DNA from: a virus
Direction: 5' to 3' (one strand)
Virus record (IMG/VR): IMGVR_UViG_3300032249_000480
Span: 1 to 64,000 of that record
DNA: 64,000 bases
This document shows, in pieces, positions 56,901-64,000 of this stretch; positions within the stretch are counted from its first letter, which is position 1; every line of letters begins with the position of its first letter. Position numbers and translations under genes: made by a program. Below the pieces are notes generated by a model. It was not told where the DNA came from. It worked only from the letters and a program-made list of their open reading frames with translations, and ran no database searches.

Positions 56901-59900
56901 CTGGTGCAAAAGGAAAAGCCCAAGAAAGAAAGGCTATTGGTAAAAAAGATATTGGATTAAAGTCTGCACTTGGTGTGCCATTATATGCTGAAAGTTATAA
57001 GAGTGAAGGAAATGAAAATCTTTTAAAACTGGCTGATAAAATTGGAAGAGAACAAGCACATGCAGAGGCTTTAGGATATGATGCACAATATAATGCAGAA
57101 GTAAAAGCAAGAGCAAATAAAAATGGAACAACACGTGCTCGTACTGAAGGTACAGCATATAATGCAGAATTAGAAAAAACAACAAAAGATCCTTATGTTG
57201 TAAGTCGTGATAGACAAAGCCCACACCCACTTGCATCACAAGATGGCAGAGATGATGCTGTTGCATATGATACTGCAGTTCAAAAATCAATAGCACGTAA
57301 TCAAAGAAATGTTGCTAAAAGAAGTGGTATTATTGGAAATTTTGGGGAAAGCAATGAAGTAAAGAGAACAACTACCAATCTTACAAGCCTTAATAATAAA
57401 CTAATGGGTGCTTCATTTGGACTAACTACCCTGGCATCAATGGGATCTATGGCAGGTGGCACTTTAGGCAAGGTATCAAACCAGTTAATGAAATATTCAG
57501 GAATACTATTTGGATTAATGTCAGTTACTCAACTAATGACTAAACAAGCATTGCTTAATTTAACTGTAGAAAGAGCAAAAATGGCTAGTAATGCAATGAG
57601 AGCAGTAGACATTGCAGCAGGTGGAAAAACTACAGGATTTCTACCAATTTTATCAAAACTTCTTTTTGGATTTAAAGCACTACTTGGACCAATTGGAATA
57701 ACAACGGGATTAATAACAGCAGGAGTTGTTGCTTATAAACTTATTGCAGCGTCACAAGAAAGAGCACGTATGGCAACAGAGGGCCTTGCAGATGCTATGA
57801 ATATGACTTCTGGTAAGGTTAAAGTATTAGATAGATTATTGGGACAAACATCTACAGCAAGGCCAGGTTCTGGCGCAACAATAAGTTCTATTCAATCAAC
57901 AACTTCTGAACAAAACAAAATAGACACAATTCAACAAGATGAAGAGTTTAAGACTACATTTAAAAAAGACATTCAGGCTCTTAAATCTGCAACTGTAAAA
58001 GAGGCTAGGATTGCATTCCAAGCAATTTCTTTAGATTTAGGTAGTCAGGGTTATTCAAAAGATGCAATTGATCTTTACCTAAAGGCTCTTGCAGAAGAAG
58101 CAGGTAAGACAAAAGTATTATTAGAATTTGAAAAAATTGATCTTAGCACAAAACAAGGTCGTAAAGAGGCAAGTAAACTTGCTAATAGTTTAGCCAAAGA
58201 TTTTGAAAAAGAATTTAAAAATGGAGTTAAAAAAGTTGCAGTTGGTGGAACTGTTGGAAGAGGTGGTAGTGGTCTAGGAGCAGTTCCAAAAGAACAACTT
58301 AGTGGAGGTCAACAGAAAGTATTAAATGAGTCAAGCCAATTTGTATCAGCCAAATTAGTTAACTTAACAAATTTATTTGCAACTCAAAAAATAAAAGCAA
58401 AAGAATATCAAGCAGCAATTGCTGATGTTTTTAAAGGAATGCCAGAAGGTGCTGATAAAATAAGAATTGTTGAAGCAGCATTAAAAAACATAAGTCCAGA
58501 GTTTGCAAAATCAGTAATAGGCATTAAAGATTATGAAACTAAACAAAAATTATTACGAGCAGCAGTTTTAGATACTGCTTTAGCACAAGAACTTCTTAAT
58601 GAATTAATGAGTGAAGTTCCAGGAGTTGCAGAAGCGGCTAGAGCAAAATTAGACAAATTAATTGCTGTACAAGACTCAGATGCTACACGAATTTCTTCAC
58701 TTCTTGGACTAAAAACTATTGATGATACACCTAAACAATTAAGCCCAATTCAACAAGCATTAAAAGATTTAAAAGAACAAAAGGCTGATACTATTGCTCA
58801 AACTAAAGCATATAAAACATTAATAAAAGCAGGGTATGATGCAAAAACAGCAGCAGAAATGGTTAACAATGTTAGCCTAGCAAAACTAATTAATAATCCA
58901 AAAGCAGCGGGATTATCATTTAAGCAATTAAAAAAACAAATAGATGAAACTGCTAAAGCACAAGAAAAACTTAATATGGCACAAGATCCATTCTATAAAA
59001 CAAAACAAAACATGGAAAAATTTAGCAAAGCATATGATGCAATGATGGAAAAATTTAGAATTCAAGAAGCAAGAGTTAGACAAAAATATGAGCCTGCAGT
59101 TGATAGAGCAAAAGAAACAATAGATAAAATTACTGATGATTTTGCAGCAAAATTAGATCCAATCAATGAAAGAACAAGTGCGTTAAATCATGACCTTTCA
59201 CTTATTGACAAACAGGCAGAGTCAATTAACAAACAGTATGATGATCAAGCAGCAGCCCTTGAGCAAATAAATAAATTAAATCAAGATGCTATTCAGCAAG
59301 GTAAAGCAAGAATTAGTATTGCAGATGCTCTTTCACAGGGTGACATCTCAGCAGCAGCACAAGCCGTACAGGATTCCAGAGCAGCAAGTGCAGCAAGTGC
59401 CGCACAAAGTCAAACAGATATGCTTGGAAGAGCACGTCAACAAGCACTTGATAATATTAAGATTAATGGATTAACTAGAAAACAAATTGAGCAAGAACTT
59501 TGGACACTTAGTCAGCAACAATATAGTCTTGAGTTAGAAAGAGATAAATTACTTAAAGCAGCCAATATAGAATTAAAAACAGCAGAAGAGACTCTCAATG
59601 CTCAATTAAAAGTTATTGAAAATGAAAAACTTGCTTGGGACAATGCACAACTAGCAATTGATGAAGCACAAAATGGATATGACACTATGAAAATTAGTCT
59701 TGAAGAGCAATTAGCACTTGTTCAAGCAATTGTTGCAGCATGGGCAGCAGCCGCTGCAGCCGCTGCAGCAAAACCAGTATCTCCTACACCACCTGGACTT
59801 GGTGCTGGTACAGACATGAACGGTGGTCGTGATGATTGGCAAAATAATAAAAAATCAAATACATCAGGGTCTACATCTGATATTATTGCAGCAAGAAGAG

Positions 59901-60331
59901 ACAGATATGGATACATATCAAAGGGTGGAATGATTCCTCAATATTTTGCAGATGGCGGTGGTCCAAAAGGAACAGATACAGTTCCAGCATGGTTAACTCC
60001 AGGAGAATATGTTATTAATAAAAAAGCAACAAGAGTATTTGGACCTTTACTAGAAGCAATTAATACTAACAAATTCCCATCATTTGAAATTGATAGAAAG
60101 TTTGGTTTGCCAACATATAATACTGGAACAGGTTCAAATATGATGAGTCCTGCTGTAATGCCTAGAAATGATGTACCAACTCAATCAGACAATAGTAATA
60201 CAGTGTATAATTATAGCCTAAGTGTAAACATGAATGGTTCAAATGTTAATCCAGACGATGTTGCAAATGCAGTATTAATCAAGATTCGTCAAATGGAAAA
60301 TCAAAGAGTAAGAGGACAGGTTAGATACTGA
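53960..60331 (+). CDS. tape measure protein
   Basis: 2123 aa, Ala-rich helical; TP901-type core; two FA.GG...GT.D..PA.L..GE.V motifs. Confidence 0.93.
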   Translation: MSDINANIGVNFDTAQALAELKNLQRQLSQFHTSISRTSESAAIAQKNLQTNLLNSVNATGNFIAQMGVIKTSTESFTHALENNKLSMREYFRYAGGASKTFGRLFTNEFNTIGRVAEERVKRLQTQYIKMGRDTTGAMKAMSIMPATLDINSMSTQMQISAQKQAIFNQLLKQGSTQLLNFGKNTQWAGRQLMVGFTIPLIAMGSSATKAFQDIELAAIKFKRVYGDLGTSQQETDAMLAQIRSIGDAYTKYGVAVKDTIALAADAAAAGFANQDLIAQTTQATKLSVLGQIDQQQALETTISLQSAFGISAAELATTIDFLNSVENQTVVSLDDITTAIPKVAPVIQQLGGDVKDLAFFMTAMKEGGVNASEGANALKSGLASLINPSTKASAMLASVGINIKEIVEKDKGNLKKTVLDVGAALDTLDPLSRARAIEQMFGKFQFARMSTLFDNINKQGSQASRVLDLMGMSASDLASITDKELGIQGASSLTKFRAAIEKLKATLAPVGELFMKIFTPILENISGLLDRFNNLSDGVKKTIGVIVAVVAGLGPIVLMTFGLLMNAFANGIKLFATLRAGYQRLTGGSVELGQQTQYLTMEQLDAAAAAHSLDQSHAKLIQTFNLEAGSVNSLRNAYSNATVAAKNFSLANPGMISRTAVKRFASGGVVRGPGTGTSDSIPAMLSNGETVVPAKQSKKYGGLLSGIIANNIPGFAGGRIGFDGQSYDIPTSTGQKALDEIIGKFSKDTEGLTFALEALQDNANELGMSFKVNADTLSKFLDEVGVQRNNPKGSSATPYKGQKYVAAHAMGNLPDITDPKELERLAAATDSATLAKLLRADAAAGKPVKQFSNFVNVLPEEANKKSRGGNFIMGRDEMAGLYSGPQSDRTLAMVYKTIMDKENLAFQDLINDPNLMQGITGSVRNLGKLISEEISLLPEHFGEEEFYAAVDRAVKRVDVADSRLRGAVDDMQKPAMLAPTGAKGKAQERKAIGKKDIGLKSALGVPLYAESYKSEGNENLLKLADKIGREQAHAEALGYDAQYNAEVKARANKNGTTRARTEGTAYNAELEKTTKDPYVVSRDRQSPHPLASQDGRDDAVAYDTAVQKSIARNQRNVAKRSGIIGNFGESNEVKRTTTNLTSLNNKLMGASFGLTTLASMGSMAGGTLGKVSNQLMKYSGILFGLMSVTQLMTKQALLNLTVERAKMASNAMRAVDIAAGGKTTGFLPILSKLLFGFKALLGPIGITTGLITAGVVAYKLIAASQERARMATEGLADAMNMTSGKVKVLDRLLGQTSTARPGSGATISSIQSTTSEQNKIDTIQQDEEFKTTFKKDIQALKSATVKEARIAFQAISLDLGSQGYSKDAIDLYLKALAEEAGKTKVLLEFEKIDLSTKQGRKEASKLANSLAKDFEKEFKNGVKKVAVGGTVGRGGSGLGAVPKEQLSGGQQKVLNESSQFVSAKLVNLTNLFATQKIKAKEYQAAIADVFKGMPEGADKIRIVEAALKNISPEFAKSVIGIKDYETKQKLLRAAVLDTALAQELLNELMSEVPGVAEAARAKLDKLIAVQDSDATRISSLLGLKTIDDTPKQLSPIQQALKDLKEQKADTIAQTKAYKTLIKAGYDAKTAAEMVNNVSLAKLINNPKAAGLSFKQLKKQIDETAKAQEKLNMAQDPFYKTKQNMEKFSKAYDAMMEKFRIQEARVRQKYEPAVDRAKETIDKITDDFAAKLDPINERTSALNHDLSLIDKQAESINKQYDDQAAALEQINKLNQDAIQQGKARISIADALSQGDISAAAQAVQDSRAASAASAAQSQTDMLGRARQQALDNIKINGLTRKQIEQELWTLSQQQYSLELERDKLLKAANIELKTAEETLNAQLKVIENEKLAWDNAQLAIDEAQNGYDTMKISLEEQLALVQAIVAAWAAAAAAAAAKPVSPTPPGLGAGTDMNGGRDDWQNNKKSNTSGSTSDIIAARRDRYGYISKGGMIPQYFADGGGPKGTDTVPAWLTPGEYVINKKATRVFGPLLEAINTNKFPSFEIDRKFGLPTYNTGTGSNMMSPAVMPRNDVPTQSDNSNTVYNYSLSVNMNGSNVNPDDVANAVLIKIRQMENQRVRGQVRY

Positions 60332-61008
60332 TGGCGTCAAAAGATTATCTACTAGGTAGAAAAAAATGGTCAAGACCACAAGCAATGCTATGGTCAGACT
60401 CTGCTGGCACATTAGTTGATGGTATATGGGTTCCAACTGGATATGAAAAGTTGTCAGATGAAACTGGATTAAGCCAAAACCAATTAGACAACTCTTTCAT
60501 TATTTTGTCTGATCACAACCGTGGTGAAATTACTATTAATACACAAAGAATTGAACAAAGAAAAAGAATGATTAATGGAACAATGAGATCATATCACAAT
60601 GCAGATAAACTTGTTATTAATACTTCATGGGCTATGCTTCCATCAAGATCTCACTCAGTTCGTCCAAATTTTAATCAAAACACTGGACTCAGTATCTATA
60701 ATAAAGAAACACCAGAAAGACCAGCAGATGGCTCACCTTATACTCAACAAAATGAATATACTGCAGATGGCGGGGCAGGTGGAAATGAAATGCTTACCTG
60801 GTATCAAGAACACACTGGACCATTTTGGGTGTATTTAGCGTATGATAAATATAGTGAATTTGGCGATAATTCTGAATCATTTGGCAAATTAGCACAATAC
60901 AATCAGGTACTTCAAATGTATCTTGCTAGTTTTGACTATACAGTTGTAAAGCGTGGTGGATCTAATCATGATATGTGGAATATTTCAATAAGCCTGGAAG
61001 AGGTTTAA
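60331..61008 (+). CDS. distal tail protein (probable)
   Basis: Directly after tape measure; RMINGTMRSY. Confidence 0.6.
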   Translation: MASKDYLLGRKKWSRPQAMLWSDSAGTLVDGIWVPTGYEKLSDETGLSQNQLDNSFIILSDHNRGEITINTQRIEQRKRMINGTMRSYHNADKLVINTSWAMLPSRSHSVRPNFNQNTGLSIYNKETPERPADGSPYTQQNEYTADGGAGGNEMLTWYQEHTGPFWVYLAYDKYSEFGDNSESFGKLAQYNQVLQMYLASFDYTVVKRGGSNHDMWNISISLEEV

Positions 61009-61009
61009 A

Positions 61010-64000
61010 ATGTTTGAGAGTGATGAACTAAAAAATCATCTAGAAACTTCCAATACAATATCTGCTCAGTCTGCCATTGTTGCTGAATGGAATATGAATG
61101 TTCCTGGAAATATCTATAAATTAGGAAATTATAGATACAGATCAACTAGTACACAATACAGTGTATTGCCAGATTTTTTTGACAATAATGATTCTGGTAG
61201 TTTTTACACTGGAGCAACAGATTCAGATATTGTTGTTGACTATGGGTATGATGATGAAGATGTCCCACTTCTCTTTAGATCAAAAAAAACAAAGGAAAAG
61301 TTATATTACTCCTTAGAAGATTGCATTAAACCATTTAGACCAAGATCTGGAATTAATAAACTTTCGTATTTTAGTGGTAATTATATATCTTACCCTAATA
61401 AAGATATGTACACAAGGCCAAGATATTATATGCCACATAAAGATGATACCTTTAAATATTGGAGATCATACCGAACTGAGAGCGTTGTACCACCACCACT
61501 TAGTGAAACTAATGCTTTAATTCCAGTATCTATACAACAAAGTAATATTGAGTATGGTATTTCAAAAAATAGTAGTGATGGAAGATATTTAATTGAAGAT
61601 GCAAATCCATTTGTTGTATATAAAGAAGAAGTTCCAGCAAACAGAATTGTTATAAAAGTACAAACAAATGTTGGATCATCTGATCTAGGTCCTTTTAAAA
61701 ATACTGGTGGAACAACTTTTAACGATCCTTTTTATGGAAATTCAAATAAAACAACTCCTCAAAATTTTAAAATTCAATATCTAGATATTTATAATAAATG
61801 GCAAGATGCTTATTCATTTGATGAAGCGCCATTTATTGATGATTTACAAAGACCAACAATTCCTGATGATGGACATATTGAGTTGCAGTATGGTCTTGAA
61901 GTTCCAACAAGATATATTAATAATTTTGTTTTTAAAAGAATAGAGACATCAGTAAACGCATTGCCAAATATAAATATAATTGGCTCTGCTTATTTGATTG
62001 CAAACAATCCAACAGACCGTGGAACACTAGCAATTTATAATGGTTTTGGGTATGATTTTAGTATTCCAGTATATAAGTGGCAAGTTGGATCAGACTCAAT
62101 AACAAGTAATAGTACCTTTGTTAATGATTTTACAAATCCATCATATTTTAGGGAATCAAGCAGTCTTGAAAGAACATATAGAGAATTTGTTTGGGTAAAA
62201 GGAATAAGACTAGTTGTAACAACAATGAATAAGCCAGACATACCATTAGAGTTGATAGAAATGTCTCCAAGACTTATTGCAAATATAACAAATAATGTTT
62301 TAGAATTTGAAATAACAAAAGTTTTGTCTGATCTTGGAAACTCAACATTACCAGTTGGACAAGTTATGCCTGGAAGTGGAACAATATCTTTGTTTGATTC
62401 AGATCAATCTTTTGCTGAAACAAATATTTGGAATGGAGAATCTGGAAGTATTATTGCAAAGTATTTAAATAAAAACATAAAATTTATATTTTTTGAAGTT
62501 ATTAAAAATGTAAATGGAGCAGATTACTATGTTCCTATTAAAACATTGTATTCAACAAATATGCCACAAGTTGATCAAACAAATTCTAACATATCCATTG
62601 AATTAAGAGATTTTTATTTTCATTTTGAATTAACAAAAGCACCTCAAATATTTTTGCAAGAAGTATCATTAAGTCAGGCTATATGTATACTTCTAGATTC
62701 TATAGGCTTTTCTAATTATATATTTAAAAGATTAAGCAATGCAAATGATCCAATAATTCCAAATTTTTTTATTGCTCCAGAACAAAGCACGGCAGAAGTA
62801 TTAAACCAATTAGCAATTGCAACACAGTCGGCAATGTTTTTTGATGAATATAACAACTTTGTTGTAATGACTAAAGAATATGTTCTTGATAGTACTGGAG
62901 AAAGATCTGCAGATATAGTTTTGTATGGAAATAACAATTCTGGTAAATTAGAAAATATTATCTCCATATCATCTCAAGATAAAAAAGTTATTAATTCTGG
63001 AACAATAAATTATGTTGCTAGATATATTGCTAGAACATATGGAAGTTTTGCTCAATCTCAATATACAGATAAGTCATGGATATATAAGCCTTCTTTACTT
63101 TGGGAAGTTTCTGGATCATCTGCAACGACAACTCTTAATAATCAAACACAATCAAAATATGCTTTATCAGCAATGCCATTAAATACAGATTTAACAAATA
63201 ATATCCCAACTGTTTCTGGAAATGTTCTTATTAACAATAAAATTGATTTGGGTGAAAATGCATTTTGGATAACAAGGTTTAAAGGAATGCTTTATGCAAA
63301 TGGTGAAATCATTAAATATGATGCAGTTGAATATAATATAACTGGAACTGGAAATGTATGGATAAGCACTAGTCAAGAGTATCAAGATTATTTTTCAAAA
63401 CTACCATTTAACGGAAAAATTTATCCAACAGGATTAGTTAGAATTTATGCAGAGCCATACTATGAAACAATTAATGGATTTACAAAATTAAAAAATGGTC
63501 CAGTAGTAAAGCATGGTCGTGGACAGTTTGGTACAGAGATTGTTGCACACAATGCTGGATTAAATCCATATTGGTATGACAATAATTATGTACAAGGATG
63601 CGATATGGAATCACAGTACTTATATACTACAGAGATTCAGCCAACACTTCCAGCAACAGTGTCAACTGGCGCAGCAGGAGTAAATCAAACTCTTGCACAA
63701 AAATCAGAAAGAACTGGAATTATTAAAAACTTTATGTCTTCTAAATTTTTTAATGAAAGTGGTTTAAAATCTTTAACATCAGCAGCAGGAGGAACAATTC
63801 AGTCTTCTGCACTTGTAATAAATGGTCCAGGCTTTGGAACAAATGATGTTCCAAGAAACTTTATATCATATGTTTGGAAAAGCCTAGACAAACTTTATCC
63901 ACATATTGGAACAAGAGTTAGAATTATTGGCAAAGTTGAAGCATTAGGAGATATGTCTCAAAGCCCAGTAGGAGCAATGACATACTTTAACCTTCCTGGA
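61010..64000 (+). CDS. large tail/baseplate protein, truncated by window end (not in ORF track)
   Basis: ATG 61010 (MFESDELKNHLE...AEWNMN); frame appears open to 64000. Confidence 0.8.
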   Translation, partial: MFESDELKNHLETSNTISAQSAIVAEWNMNVPGNIYKLGNYRYRSTSTQYSVLPDFFDNNDSGSFYTGATDSDIVVDYGYDDEDVPLLFRSKKTKEKLYYSLEDCIKPFRPRSGINKLSYFSGNYISYPNKDMYTRPRYYMPHKDDTFKYWRSYRTESVVPPPLSETNALIPVSIQQSNIEYGISKNSSDGRYLIEDANPFVVYKEEVPANRIVIKVQTNVGSSDLGPFKNTGGTTFNDPFYGNSNKTTPQNFKIQYLDIYNKWQDAYSFDEAPFIDDLQRPTIPDDGHIELQYGLEVPTRYINNFVFKRIETSVNALPNINIIGSAYLIANNPTDRGTLAIYNGFGYDFSIPVYKWQVGSDSITSNSTFVNDFTNPSYFRESSSLERTYREFVWVKGIRLVVTTMNKPDIPLELIEMSPRLIANITNNVLEFEITKVLSDLGNSTLPVGQVMPGSGTISLFDSDQSFAETNIWNGESGSIIAKYLNKNIKFIFFEVIKNVNGADYYVPIKTLYSTNMPQVDQTNSNISIELRDFYFHFELTKAPQIFLQEVSLSQAICILLDSIGFSNYIFKRLSNANDPIIPNFFIAPEQSTAEVLNQLAIATQSAMFFDEYNNFVVMTKEYVLDSTGERSADIVLYGNNNSGKLENIISISSQDKKVINSGTINYVARYIARTYGSFAQSQYTDKSWIYKPSLLWEVSGSSATTTLNNQTQSKYALSAMPLNTDLTNNIPTVSGNVLINNKIDLGENAFWITRFKGMLYANGEIIKYDAVEYNITGTGNVWISTSQEYQDYFSKLPFNGKIYPTGLVRIYAEPYYETINGFTKLKNGPVVKHGRGQFGTEIVAHNAGLNPYWYDNNYVQGCDMESQYLYTTEIQPTLPATVSTGAAGVNQTLAQKSERTGIIKNFMSSKFFNESGLKSLTSAAGGTIQSSALVINGPGFGTNDVPRNFISYVWKSLDKLYPHIGTRVRIIGKVEALGDMSQSPVGAMTYFNLPG

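Noticed and set aside
47001-59916. Antisense ORFs within the scaffold, capsid and tape measure genes
   Set aside because: They are codon-bias shadows of well-supported structural genes.

Overview
This window is part of a large, AT-rich tailed-phage genome (siphovirus-like, long tape measure). The host is probably an actinobacterium, inferred from a PafBC/RecA-NDp promoter motif, a Gram-positive-type SOS box, WhiA-like GACAC sites and many leaderless genes. Positions 1-12.1 kb are an early or host-takeover region of small, mostly leftward genes (DUF932, GP88-like, SH3-like proteins, tRNA-Asp). Its intergenic DNA is packed with host transcription-factor motifs (PafBC-type promoters, CRP, DnaA, MraZ, LexA, WhiA), a repeated CCGAGA motif and a repeated covarying RNA pseudoknot. 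Positions 12.2-38.4 kb hold collagen-like and glycine-rich fibres and two modification clusters. One cluster places an FN3/Pro-Phe-repeat/Hint-domain protein directly ahead of prolyl-hydroxylase-type 2OG-Fe(II) oxygenases, a GT60-like glycosyltransferase and a sulfotransferase-like gene. Positions 38.5-64 kb hold class II RNR and the head-tail module: portal, protease/scaffold, major capsid, connectors, major tail protein, duplicated tail chaperones, tape measure and tail proteins. No terminase, integrase, CRISPR array or IS was seen. All family calls come from recognising motifs by eye and need HMM confirmation.
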